DNA of 63,894 nt, filler included, from Octopus bimaculoides (lineage: Eukaryota): assembly GCF_001194135.2 (NCBI RefSeq). It is 6 parts of 4 records of this genome, joined end to end, with 100 filler letters (N's around TTAATTAATTAA, not from the genome) between each part and the next. Parts side by side here need not be neighbours in the genome. Positions count along the whole stretch, not along the records: positions 36,872 to 55,519 come from NC_068988.1; positions 55,620 to 61,281 come from NC_069004.1; positions 61,382 to 63,894 come from NC_069004.1; 3 more parts are not named here. The stretch is one strand, 5' to 3'. A program made the position numbers and the translations under genes. Of this stretch, positions 49,346 through 61,732 are shown one piece after another. The notes below the pieces were generated by a model. The model was not told the origin of the DNA. It searched no databases and was given only the letters and a program-made list of their open reading frames with translations. Each line of letters begins with the position of its first letter. The stretch's first letter is position 1.

Positions 49346-50374
49346 TTGTTTATTCAATCAAAAAAAGCATGGAAACCCTTCAGATCTGATACTGGTCAAG
49401 AAGCTTGCTTTGCAGCCACGTGGCTTCGGGTTTGATTCCAGTGTGTGGAACCTTGGGCCAGCCAATACCTTGTAAGAGAATTTGATAAACGGAGACTGTA
49501 TAGAAGACCACCGTATATACGTGTGTTTCTTTGTGTATGTGTATGTGTGTGTGTATGCATAAGGATGTGCGTGTATATATGTGCATAAGGATGTGTGTGT
49601 GTATGCATAAGGATGTGTGTGTGTGTGTGTGTGTGTGTATGCATAAGGATGTGTGTGTGTGTATGCATAAGGATGTGTGTGTGTGTGTTCTTGCCTCCAA
49701 TGTCAAAACACATAGTGTGCAGTCAACCGTGCCAAATCATCTTCCGTTCCAGGGATATAATCAAACGAAATTGCACCCGCTCAAGTGTATTCCCAAATCG
49801 AAAAGGTTAATTTAATGACGCAACTCGGGTGTTAAACCCTTTGAACAACGCCAATTTGAACGGTATGGCTGTATCGATTCTGGAAAGACGAAAAGTCAAC
49901 CTCGGACGGAACCGAATTTAGAAAATAAAGACAAGTTATGGAGAACCGTAAAGAATTTGGTTCGGTACTTCATCGAGTCTTTTATCTCTTAATTGCTTCA
50001 GTCAATGGACTGTGGCCATGCTGGAGCACCGTTTCGAAGGGTTTTAGTTGAACAAATCGACTCAAGTAGTTATTTTTTAAAATCCGTAAATTTCTCTATC
50101 GTTTTTTTTTTCTGCTAAAGAACGAAATTCTAAGGGCTGTAAACAAACCAACACCAGCTGTAATACAAACACAAAGAAACACACACACTTACACACACGT
50201 ATATACGGTGGTCTTCTACACAGTCTCCGTTTGTCAAATTCTCTTACAAAGTATTGGTTGGCCCAAGGTTCCACACAGTGGAATCGAACCCGAAGCCACG
50301 TGGTTGCAAAGCAAGTTTCTTGACCAGTATCAGATTTGAAGGGTTTCCTTGCTTTTTTGATTGAATAAACAAAT
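49346..50374. repeat. Inverted duplication (49346-49535 / about 50190-50374) containing a SINE B head plus shared flank
   Basis: Hand alignment: about 10 substitutions and 1 indel in about 180 bp. Confidence 0.85.
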
Positions 50375-51029
50375 GTTTCGCATCTATTATTNNNNNNNNN
50401 NNNNNNNNNNNNNNNNNNNNNNNNNNNNNNNNNNNNNNNNNNNNNNNNNNNNNNNNNNNNNNNNNNNNNNNNNNNNNNNNNNNNNNNNNNNNNNNNNNNN
50501 NNNNNNNNNNNNNNNNNNNNNNNNNNNNNNNNNNNNNNNNNNNNNNNNNNNNNNNNNNNNNNNNNNNNNNNNNNNNNNNNNNNNNNNNNNNNNNNNNNNN
50601 NNNNNNNNNNNNNNNNNNNNNNNNNNNNNNNNNNNNNNNNNNNNNNNNNNNNNNNNNNNNNNNNNNNNNNNNNNNNNNNNNNNNNNNNNNNNNNNNNNNN
50701 NNNNNNNNNNNNNNNNNNNNNNNNNNNNNNNNNNNNNNNNNNNNNNNNNNNNNNNNNNNNNNNNNNNNNNNNNNNNNNNNNNNNNNNNNNNNNNNNNNNN
50801 NNNNNNNNNNNNNNNNCTTTAATAACTGAAAAGACAAAATAAAGTCAAATCACCACCCCCACTCCACCCCTTCTCCCACCACTATCATTCTCATCACCAC
50901 CACCATCATCACTGTCACCACCACCACCACCACCACCATCACCACTGCCACCACCACCACCACTATCGCCGCCGCCGCCGCCATCATTATCATCATCATC
51001 ATCAATCCTTAGACATCAGTGTCCCGAGT

Positions 51030-51215
51030 CTTACGATTATAGGGATGGAAACCCAGTCTCCGTGACATTATAGGGATGGTTACCCAGTCTCCGTGACGGA
51101 GATCACAACACTCTCCCCCTGAATGGGAAGCCAGTCCACCACAGGGTTACTCCTTCACAGCTGATTGAACTGAAGTGATGTGAAATGAAGTGATTTGCTC
51201 AAGAACACAACGCAT
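51030..51215 (-). mobile_element. CORE-type SINE body with a 31-bp tandem duplication at its 3' end
   Basis: Reverse of gttgtgttcttgagcaaatcacttcatttcac...ggtggactggcttcccattcaggggg; attatagggatgg..acccagtctccgtgac twice. Confidence 0.65.
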
Positions 51216-52551
51216 CACATGGAATCTCTCAGACCAGTGTTTACTCCCCACGAGGAACGCTGCATTGTGAGATAACGGTGAAGGAGAACAAAAATAAGCT
51301 TCTAGAGAAACTGCCGATTACGTGGTTCGATTTTGGTCCTAGACGAGAGCACTGGCATTACGTAACATTCCATTTCGCTCTTCAACAAGCTTGATACCGT
51401 GTGTCAACCAAAGAAATCAATACCTCACTCGTTTGAAGAATACAGAATCCTGTTTAGGAGGAAAGAAAATGCGATTATGAATCATTCATGCTTTCTCAAG
51501 CACACTGGAGATGTAAAACAGCTAAAAGCGTTTTTCAAGTGATTCTATTTTCGAGTGAATCCTCTAGAAGCCGTCTTCTGCTTCCAAAGAAATCATTAGA
51601 CATTTCAGGATTTCACAAGACCTCTGGCATTTATTACCATTATCCCATAATGCAGTGTTCCAGACGTTTGTTCAGTGCTGTGTAGCGTTTTATCTACTCG
51701 AAACGAATTCACGTACAGGAACTGCTTGGAATCCCGGAATATTTTCACGGATTTACTGAGTCTAGGAAGTTGTCTTACACGGTCACCAGCTGGCTTCCAC
51801 CATGTATGTATGTATGTATGTATGTATGTATGTATATATGTGTGTATTTATGTATGTATGCGTGTATATGTGCATGCATGTGTATATGCGTGTATATGTG
51901 CATGCATGTATGTATGTTTGTGTACGCATGAATGTGTGTATGCATGCATGTATGTGACTTTGTATGCATGTATGTATTTATGTATGTATGCGTGTATATG
52001 TGCATGCATGTCTTTGTATGTATGTATGTATGTATGTATATAAGTATGTACGTACGTATGTGTGTGCGCGTGAGTGTGTGTATGTGTGCATGTGTTAGCG
52101 TGTGCGTGCGTGCGTGTGTGTGTGTGTGTATCTCTTGGTTGAAGAAGTTATTCAACTTCTGTTCTTCGCCAGTTTCCCATCGTCCGTCTCTTCCTTGATA
52201 TGGATGTGTGCGCGTGTGCGCCTGTGCGCGTGTGCGCCTGTGCGCCTGTGCGCGTGTGCGCCTGTGCGCGTGTGCGCCTGTGCGTGTGCATCCGTGTCCG
52301 TTACTTCTACGTCTACACGTATATATAATATATACCCGTACACGCGCATGCGTGTGTGCAGCTAGAATTACCCAGCTAAATTTAGTTGTATTTATACAAC
52401 TAAATATCTGCTGACATTGAAGCGACTTTTCACAACGGAAGCAAATTTCAGACGATGCCAAGAAAGCTTTCAAAGAGATAAAGCAGAAGAATTATTCTCG
52501 AACTTTCACGAATAGTTTATGTTTCGTAATCTGCCATCGTTTTCTTTTCCC

Positions 52552-52760
52552 ATCTTTCGTCTTTTACTCGTTTCAGTGATTCGACTGCGGCCATGCTGGG
52601 GCACCGCTTTGAAAGTTTGAGTCGAACAAATTGATCTCAGTACTTGTTTTTATTTATTTATTTATTTATTCATTCATTTATTTATTTTTTAAAGTCAGGT
52701 ATTCATTCTGTCATTCGCTTTGCCGAATCGCTAGGTAACGGGGATGTAAACAAACCAACA
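52552..52760 (-). mobile_element. SINE family B, 3' half
   Basis: tttcagtgattcgactgcggccatgctggggcaccgc module. Confidence 0.75.
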
Positions 52761-52927
52761 TACACATAGGCATACGTACATAAATACATACATACATGCA
52801 TGCATACATACATGCACACATACGTACGTACGTACGTACGTTCATACATACATACATACATTGGCTCGGGACAGAAATTTGCTTAGGGGCTGAAAATCCA
52901 GGTCCAAAACTTTTTACGGACAGGGTC

Positions 52928-53549
52928 TTATTACCTCTGCCTTAGCGGAGGCTGGAGGTAATGTTTTCAGTCGTATTTGTTTGTCTGTGGACCAGATATC
53001 TCAAGAACCGCTGGATGGAATCGGATGAAACTTTCAGGGATGTTTGGCCTCGTGACTGGTACGAACTGATTAGATTTTTGGATCGATCCGGTACTGAACA
53101 AGGATTCTGGATTATTTTTCGTGTTTTTTTTTCTTAATTTTTGAGAGCGGTCAAGTTCATTTTTAGTATTCTCGTTTGTGAGAGCAGTCGAGTTTATTTC
53201 AGATATTCATGTATGTATGTATGTATGCATGTATGTATGTATGTACGTATGCATATGTGTATGTTGGTTTGTTTACATCCCCGTTACCTGGCGATTCGGC
53301 AAAGCGAATGACAGAATGAATACCAGACTTTAAAAATAAACAAATAAATAAATAAAAATAAGTACTGAGATCAATTTGTTCAACTCAATCTTTCAAGGCG
53401 GTGCCCCAGCATGACCGCAGTCGAATGACTGTAACGAGTAAAAGACGAAAGATATTCAGGCATTCTCATTTTAAAAATCATCTCTGGTTAATCGTTGAGA
53501 GGACATTGGTGTTGCCTTGGCGGAGGTTTGCGCTCTCTGAGTGCTCTTG
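52928..53549 (+). mobile_element. Second Helentron-type HINE copy with a nested SINE B 3' half (53209-53449)
   Basis: Colinear with 8178-8544; 3' ccttggcggagg + gcgctctctgagtgc; AGATATTC repeated at 53201-53208 and 53450-53457. Confidence 0.75.
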
Positions 53550-54642
53550 CTTTTGTTTTAAATTCATTTTTGTTCTTTGTTCTTTGACAAAAAACCCTAG
53601 CTTCAAGCTACCTCTTGCAGATCACTTTTTATTCAATGCTTTCAAAACCTGAGAAAAGTGAGTAGGGATGTAAATTTTGATTTTGCACCTCGCAAAAATT
53701 CCAGGGTATGCAAATGCAGCCCTTGCACACCCTGTGCCCGAGCTCATGCATACATATATATAGCCATCAGGTATGTATATATGTATGTAAGTGTATATAT
53801 ATTTATATATATATATGTAAGGGACGACCGTGCGAACTCAAAAAGGAGAAATGGTGACGAATGGAAAAACCGAGGACTCCTTTTCTTTAAACGAGTCACA
53901 CGGTCGAACATACAAATATATATATCAATGGATGATATACATGATATGTTATGCGACGAAGGTCGTGTAGACGCTGGTGGAGATTGTTGCTGGTTAGTAG
54001 TAATCGTAGAATCGTGTTGGTCATGATGATGATGCTGGATAGTAGTAGTAGACTCTTGTTGCTGATGTGGCGACGGCGGAGGTCATCGTGGCTGGACGAA
54101 GCTGCTGAAGTGGTCGCTAGCTGCTGCTGCTGTCGTGTGGTNNNNNNNNNNNNNNNNNNNNNNNNNNNNNNNNNNNNNNNNNNNNNNNNNNNNNNNNNNN
54201 NNNNNNNNNNNNNNNNNNNNNNNNNNNNNNNNNNNNNNNNNNNNNNNNNNNNNNNNNNNNNNNNNNNNNNNNNNNNNNNNNNNNNNNNNNNNNNNNNNNN
54301 NNNNNNNNNNNNNNNNNNNNNNNNNNNNNNNNNNNNNNNNNNNNNNNNNNNNNNNNNNNNNNNNNNNNNNNNNNNNNNNNNNNNNNNNNNNNNNNNNNNN
54401 NNNNNNNNNNNNNNNNNNNNNNNNNNNNNNNNNNNNNNNNNNNNNNNNNNNNNNNNNNNNNNNNNNNNNNNNNNNNNNNNNNNNNNNNNNNNNNNNNNNN
54501 NNNNNNNNNNNNNNNNNNNNNNNNNNNNNNNNNNNNNNNNNNNNNNNNNNNNNNNNNNNNNNNNNNNNNNNNNNNNNNNNNNNNNNNNNNNNNNNNNNNN
54601 NNNNNNNNNNNNNNNNNNNNNNNNNNNNNNNNNNNNNNNNNN

Positions 54643-54682
<40 letters not shown>

Positions 54683-54683
<1 letters not shown>

Positions 54684-55035
54684 ACGACGAGCTTCTTCCA
54701 GTTTCTGTCTACCAAATTCACTCACAAGGCTTTGGTCGGTCCGAGGCTATAGCAAAAGACACTTGTCCAAGATGTCACGCAATGGGACTGAACTCGGAAT
54801 CATATGGTTGGGAAGGAAGCTTCTTACCACACAACCACGCCTGCATCCATATGTATACATACACACACACACACACATACATACATACATACATACATAC
54901 ACACATACATACGACGGACCTTGTCAGTTTCCGTCTATCAAATTCTCCCAAAATGCATTGGTCGGACCTGCTTTACAGTAGAAGACAATTTCCCAAGGTA
55001 CTGCGCAGTGGGATTGAACTCCAAACCACGTTGTT
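54683..55035 (-). mobile_element. Two tandem SINE family B 5' halves
   Basis: Heads ending at about 54843 and 55035, separated by (CA)/(TACA)n. Confidence 0.75.
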
Positions 55036-55261
55036 GTAAAGCGATCTTCTTAACCAGAGACCCATTCCTTTACCTGATGAAGCACCCATTTCCCATCACA
55101 TTCGAAGAGTTCTCCAAGTGCTGCCCAAATTCACAATTGCTAAAACTATATATAAACCATCAGCAATCATCGCTCATCCGTAAATATAGTCATAGAGGCA
55201 GCAGACATATTTTCTCGCATTCTTTACATTCTTCAGCGCATGTTCAACATTCACATACGGG

Positions 55262-55294
<33 letters not shown>

Positions 55295-55700
55295 TCCTGC
55301 AGTCATATATACTCGTATATATATATTCATACGCGCCAACATTCGCGAACCTAGAGACACGCTCTATTTTCAAATTATAGCCTTTCAGCCGAATCTAGTT
55401 TACATGGCTCTGAGCATTAATTTCTGAGACAACACGGGAGAGGCAGATGTGGTGTGTGTATGTGTATGTGTCAGTACCTAAGTATGCATACATGTATATA
55501 TGTATGTATGTATGTACATNNNNNNNNNNNNNNNNNNNNNNNNNNNNNNNNNNNNNNNNNNNNTTAATTAATTAANNNNNNNNNNNNNNNNNNNNNNNNN
55601 NNNNNNNNNNNNNNNNNNNGAATGCCTAAATCCTAATGTAAAACATATATACACATGCAGTACCTATATACATTCACACATGCATGCATGTACATATGGT

Positions 55701-55931
55701 ACTTATTTCTTTATTGCCCACAAGGGACTAAACATAGAGGGGCAAAGAAGGACAGACAAAGAGATTAAGTCGATTACATCGACCCCAGTGCGTAACTGGT
55801 AGTTATTTAATCGATCCCGAAAGGATGAAAGGCAAAGTCGACCTCGGCGGAATTTGAACTCAGAACGTAACGGCTGACGAAATACCGCTAAGCATTTCGC
55901 CCGGCGTGCTAACGTTTCTGCCAGCTCGCCC
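55701..55931 (-). mobile_element. SINE family A, well-preserved full-length copy with alternative tail
   Basis: Head gggcgagctggcagaaacgttagcacgccgggcgaaatgcttagcgg...gagttcaaattccgccgaggtcgactttgcctttcatcctttcgggatcgat; tail tttgtctgtccttctttgcccc...cccttgtgggcaataaagaaataag. Confidence 0.9.
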
Positions 55932-56401
55932 CTTTCTGCCACGTTTCTGCCACCTCGCACGTATACATGGTACTTACATATGTATATACGTACACATGCA
56001 CACACATGCTTGCGTACACACACAATCAAGCGTCTACATACGTACATAAAAAAAGCATCATACATATGTACACACAAAGAGAAGCATACATATATACAAA
56101 CATGCACACAAACAATACATACATGCTAGCCGACACATTCATATATACATACACACATGCTTGAAACAAAAGGAAATTTGGCCAGTTATAGAAGTGAGTT
56201 GGGCAGAAAATTGAAAGACTGCTTTCAAAATGGAGAAATAAAATATTTATGGAGAATTTCATGGAAAAACCAAACAATCCTTTATTCCATGATAATTCCA
56301 ATTATAGTTAATCCCATTAATTATAATTGCAGTTGGAGTCGGCAAATTGCATAAATTTAAGCTCTGGGAAAATTTTTTAAAAATTAAGGGTTTGAAATAT
56401 A

Positions 56402-56522
56402 CAGGGTGTCCACAAAGTCTGGGTACATAGAGATTAACACACTTTAAGAAATTATTTCTTATATTTAACTGTTTATGTTACAATTTTATTTACTCCATGT
56501 ACCCAGACTTTGTGGACACCCT
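56402..56522. mobile_element. Tc1/mariner-type MITE, about 120 bp
   Basis: TA|CAGGGTGTCCACAAAGTCTGGGTACAT; 26-bp perfect inverted copy at 56497-56522; right terminal G/TA lost. Confidence 0.85.
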
Positions 56523-56844
56523 AAAGAAACGAATTAGCTAAAATGTATGATCATTAAGCGGGACAGTAAAGATCTGTGAGACTTTTTAAAAGTTCAGTTT
56601 ATAATTCTTTACCATTGTCGTTGTGTTGTTGTTGTTGCTATGATAGTTGTAGCGATAGAACTTTGTTTGTTTTGTAGACACCAGTTCGTTTTTTGTAGCA
56701 TGAGGAATACAGATAGTTAAAACAACAAGATAACAAACGCAATTTCAAAGACTAACCACCAGTCCGGGCCCCTCACATTTATACATTCTTACATATGAAG
56801 GGATATTAAAACGGCTTAACTTGGAAAGGACATATCGTCCCCCG

Positions 56845-57170
56845 ACTTTCATCTCACCATCACCATTACCACTACCATCAATACCACCACCACTACCACC
56901 AAAACACCAGCATCACCACCACCATCAACAACAGTACTAGCACCACTAGCAGGTCCATCACAACCAGCATCAGCACCATTTCCATCAACATCACCACTAC
57001 CACCGCTACCACAACACCAGTATCACCAATACCACAACTATCGCCAACACCACCTCCAATACAACCAGCATCAGCACTATAACCATCATCACCACCACCA
57101 TTTCCACCACCACGACCACCACCACTACCACCGCCGCCGCTACCAGCATCACCAATGCCATCACCACCCC
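56845..57170. repeat. Degenerate (ACC/ATC)n triplet array
   Basis: Direct inspection. Confidence 0.9.
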
Positions 57171-57445
57171 AAATTGATCCAGTTTCTGGGATTTTCTCCA
57201 GGCTAAAGAGAAAGATAGAATCAAAGGCAACGAAATAAAGAATTTTCCCGTAAAATATTCAGAATATTCAACAGTCGAATGTAAAATTCTGTTCTTAATT
57301 ACAAATTCCTCGTTTGCTACCGTTTACTGGGTTTATACACACGCTCACACAAAGACGAACACATACACACATATATACACAGACGAACACATACACACAT
57401 ACATACACAGACGAACACATACATACACACACTTATATACATACC

Positions 57446-57479
<34 letters not shown>

Positions 57480-57673
57480 CATACATACATACACACACAG
57501 ACGAACACACGTGTTCGTTGAAGGTTAATTAAACTGGAATAAACACACCTTTGTGCATATATGTGTTTGTTTACCTGTGTGTGTGTGTATATGCATATTA
57601 TATACATACATGAATTTACATACATGTATGTATATAAATGTATTGTGTATGTTTCTCTCTCTCTCTCTACGTA

Positions 57674-57718
<45 letters not shown>

Positions 57719-58754
57719 NNNNNNNNNNNNNNNNNNNNNNNNNNNNNNNNNNNNNNNNNNNNNNNNNNNNNNNNNNNNNNNNNNNNNNNNNNNNNNNNNN
57801 NNNNNNNNNNNNNNNNNNNNNNNNNNNNNNNNNNNNNNNNNNNNNNNNNNNNNNNNNNNNNNNNNNNNNNNNNNNNNNNNNNNNNNNNNNNNNNNNNNNN
57901 NNNNNNNNNNNNNNNNNNNNNNNNNNNNNNNNNNNNNNNNNNNNNNNNNNNNNNNNNNNNNNNNNNNNNNNNNNNNNNNNNNNNNNNNNNNNNNNNNNNN
58001 NNNNNNNNNNNNNNNNNNNNNNNNNNNNNNNNNNNNNNNGTTAGACATCATTGTTCTGTTTATTTTAGTTTACCAAAAAGTCTTTTTCGACATTTAACTG
58101 TTCTTTTTTCGTTCATCATCATCATCATCTTCCTTCTTCTTCTTCTTCTTCTTCTTCTTCTTCTTCTTCTTCTTCTTCTTCCTCCTCCTCTATCGCCCAC
58201 CTACCCGGCCCCACTATCCACCTTCTACCTGTTTATTTCTTGCTTTCTCGGATGTCTAATTTGGTTTTAGTAAAGGAACAACAACCACAATAATAATAAT
58301 AATAATGATGATGATAATGATGATGATGATGATGATAAAACATTTATACGCCCGCGCAAATACGAACATACATATACACAAACTATATATACATTCCCAT
58401 AATATATACATACCGTCATAACATCCCGTCTCCCGCCGCCACTATCACCACCACTGTCGATACAGCAGTTATCACCGCCACCGACACCACCAAGCAATTA
58501 AGGTTAAACATCAGCTGCAGCAGCAGTAGCAGCAACATACCAACAAGGAATCCTCATTGTGGTCAATTGTCCAGCAAGAAATAGTGGCAAAATCTTATAA
58601 AGGACATCAAAGACAGCAATAGGTTAACGCAGTAATTAGAGGTATCTAAGATGAAAGATGGGGTGGTCACGGTCGGCTTGGAGCGAAACAACAACGCTTC
58701 TTTCGTCTACCAGCACCTAAACCATTACCAATATTACTATTACATTGTCCGTCT

Positions 58755-58905
58755 TCAAGTTCTCAGTTCAAATTCCGCCGAGGTCGACATTGACTTTCAT
58801 TCTTTCGAGGTCGATAAAATAAGAACCGGTTGAGCCCTAGGGTCGATGTAATCTACTTACCCTCTTCCCCGAAAATGTTAGCCTTGTGCCAAAATTTGAA
58901 ATCGT
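58755..58905 (+). mobile_element. SINE family A, 5'-truncated
   Basis: cagttcaaattccgccgaggtcgac...ccttgtgccaaaatttgaaatc. Confidence 0.8.
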
Positions 58906-59469
58906 TATTTATTGATTTTAAGTTATTGAATTTAACTCTAAATATTTTTGCAAAGATGAAACAATATCATTCTGTGTGTTTAAAAACTATTTGGAAGAAC
59001 TTAGGGTCTCGCAACGAAACTCGTTTTTTACCTATATTTTCTATTATTCCTTTACCACTGATTCATTTTACCGAGTCATTTCTTTGGAAAGAAACACCTG
59101 CGATAAATGAGGATAGATAGATATATTATTACAATCAAAATGGCGATATTGTGACTACGTCTTATAGTGTTGTTATTGTTGTCCTCACCGGTTTCCACCT
59201 TAACTCAGCAATCCTCTCCCCTTCCATGGGCTTGCTACATGTCTTGCGACTCTTACACTTCTACATCTTACCTGTTCATTCATAATTTATTTACATTAAT
59301 ATCCGTCATACCCCTCCAGTTCTTCTACCCGTACCTGATTTTATCAACTATATTTACTACTAACACTAATCTTTCCTAATTAACCCACCGACCTACTTAA
59401 CCACCCATGTACCTAAATTATGCGTAGTTACCTTCCTTTCATCTATCACTACTCTACCTATCTACCTGT

Positions 59470-59607
59470 CTTATTTCTTTATTGCCCACAAGGGGCTAAA
59501 CATAGAGAGGGCAAACAAGGACAGACAAACGGATTAAGTCGATTACATCGACCCCAGTGAGTAACTGGTACTAAATTTATCGACCCCGAAAGGATGAAAG
59601 GCAACTT
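59470..59607 (-). mobile_element. SINE family A 3' part with the alternative tail
   Basis: Nearly identical to 55701-55835. Confidence 0.85.
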
Positions 59608-60111
59608 TATAAACTCACTCATCCGACTTCTTATTTATCTCTAATTAAACCATAATTTACTGATATTTAATCTAGCCTCTATCAAACTACATACTGGTAT
59701 AGTAGGGTATTTGACTGTACAGATAACAAGATTGTTTTGCAACGATATTGTTGCAGGTTCAATCTCACAGAACCGTACCTTCGGTCGGTGGCGAGAGCAG
59801 TCATTGAGTTTGCCGCATCCCGACCAGGCCTCCAACCCTATACAGGCTTACACAGCAGACTCAAAAGGGCCAACCCCATAAAGGCGTCGTTAAGGGCAGA
59901 CTTCCACCTCACCCTACCCAAGCTATGTTGCTGTCTTGGGCAAGGGTCCTCAACTAGAGAATCAGGTCGATCAAAGTTTTGAGAATGAAATTTGGTAGAA
60001 GGAACTTGTGTGGGATCCCGTTGAAGGCACCGTTCCTTTTCTTACGGAGTGGATTTAATTCCTTGTGCAGTTTAATACCAGCCTTTAGTCCTTGGTTGCT
60101 TTTAGCAGAAA

Positions 60112-60182
<71 letters not shown>

Positions 60183-60357
60183 NNNNNNNNNNNNNNNNNN
60201 NNNNNNNNNNNNNNNNNNNNNNNNNNNNNNNNNNNNNNNNNNNNNNNNNNNNNNNNNNNNNNNNNNNNNNNNNNNNNNNNNNNNNNNNNNNNNNNNNNNN
60301 NNNNNNNNNNNNNNNNNNNNNNNNNNNNNNNNNNNNNTTTTTCAATGCACATTAGAA

Positions 60358-60557
60358 CGGCAAGCTGGTAAAATGCCGGACGAAATGCTTAACGGCATTT
60401 TGTCCATCTTTTCGTTCCGAGTTCAAATTCACCGAAGTCGACTTTGTCTTTCATCCCTTCGGGGGTTGATAAAATAAGTACCAGTTGAGCGCTGGGGTCA
60501 ATGTAATCGACTAGCCCCTTCCCCGAGATTACTGGCCTTGTGCCAAAATTTGAAACC
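60358..60557 (+). mobile_element. SINE family A, full length
   Basis: Head, core and ttgtgccaaaatttgaaacc tail. Confidence 0.85.
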
Positions 60558-60727
60558 AATATTTTTCAACACACCTATTTAAAACAAAACAATTTTATTG
60601 GCCCAAGAACCCCTAACAAGAGTAAATGAATACCCGCAAGGGGAAATGTTACACAATTGAATCCAGATACTAAGTATTCGGTGAAGAAAGACTGCTTCTG
60701 TTAATAATAATAATAATTTTTAAAATT

Positions 60728-61275
60728 AATTTTGGCATAAGGCCAGCAATTCTAGGGGAGGGGATAAGTCGATTAGATCGACTCTAGTACTTGACTCGTA
60801 CTTACTTTATTGACCCCGAAAGGATGAAAGGCAAAGTTGACCGTGACAGGATTTGAACTCAGAAATTGAAGAGCTAGAATAAATACAGCAAGGCGTTAAT
60901 AAAGCCAAAACTCTAACAATTCTGCCAATCCAGCCAACACACCTGCAAGATAGAGGAGGATGCAGCTTGGCCGATTACTGGACTGATACCTTTCTGTAAA
61001 CCCAGGAAGAATCTTTTCTACTCTGGGTACAAGGCCCGAAATTTTTTGGGGAGGGGGTGCCAGTCAATTAGGTCGATCTCAGTACGCAACTGGTACTTAA
61101 TTTATCGACCCTGAAAGGATGAAAGGCAAAGTCGACCTCTGCGGAAATTGCACTCATAAACCCAGGAAGAATGAAAAGCTAAGCTGACCTTGGTGGGATT
61201 TGAACTCAGAAAGTAAAAAGTCGAGGTAAATACCACATGGCATTTTATCCGATTCTACCGATTCTGTTAATCCAC
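60728..61275 (-). mobile_element. SINE family A cluster: copy 60728-60927, and a host copy (about 60975-61275) carrying an inserted copy 61013-61156 with a 16-bp TSD
   Basis: TAAACCCAGGAAGAAT at 60997-61012 and 61157-61172. Confidence 0.85.
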
Positions 61276-61732
61276 AACAACNNNNNNNNNNNNNNNNNNN
61301 NNNNNNNNNNNNNNNNNNNNNNNNNTTAATTAATTAANNNNNNNNNNNNNNNNNNNNNNNNNNNNNNNNNNNNNNNNNNNNATATATATGCATGTATGTG
61401 TATATGTATATATAGAGATTTTCTTGGGGCCACCCAGATTGGAGCAGTCTCGAGTAACCGTGTCGAAATTGCAGGGCCGATCTGGAACTTGACTGGCGAT
61501 AGAAAGCTTCGAATGACCTGTCCTTTTACCTTTTACTTGTGACAGAACCAAGTAAAAGGTAAAAGAATCCGGGAAATCGACCGCAAGACCTTATGGCTTG
61601 TGAATGACCTTTCATTTTTTTTCATATACATATCAATGAACATGTATGCATGTATGTATGCATGCATGCATGCATGTATGTATGTATGTATGTATGTATG
61701 TATGTATGTATGTATGTATGTATTTATGTATG

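Noticed and set aside
61435-61510. SQVPDRP as a CR1 C-terminus
   Set aside because: Too short, and no other CR1 motif is adjacent.
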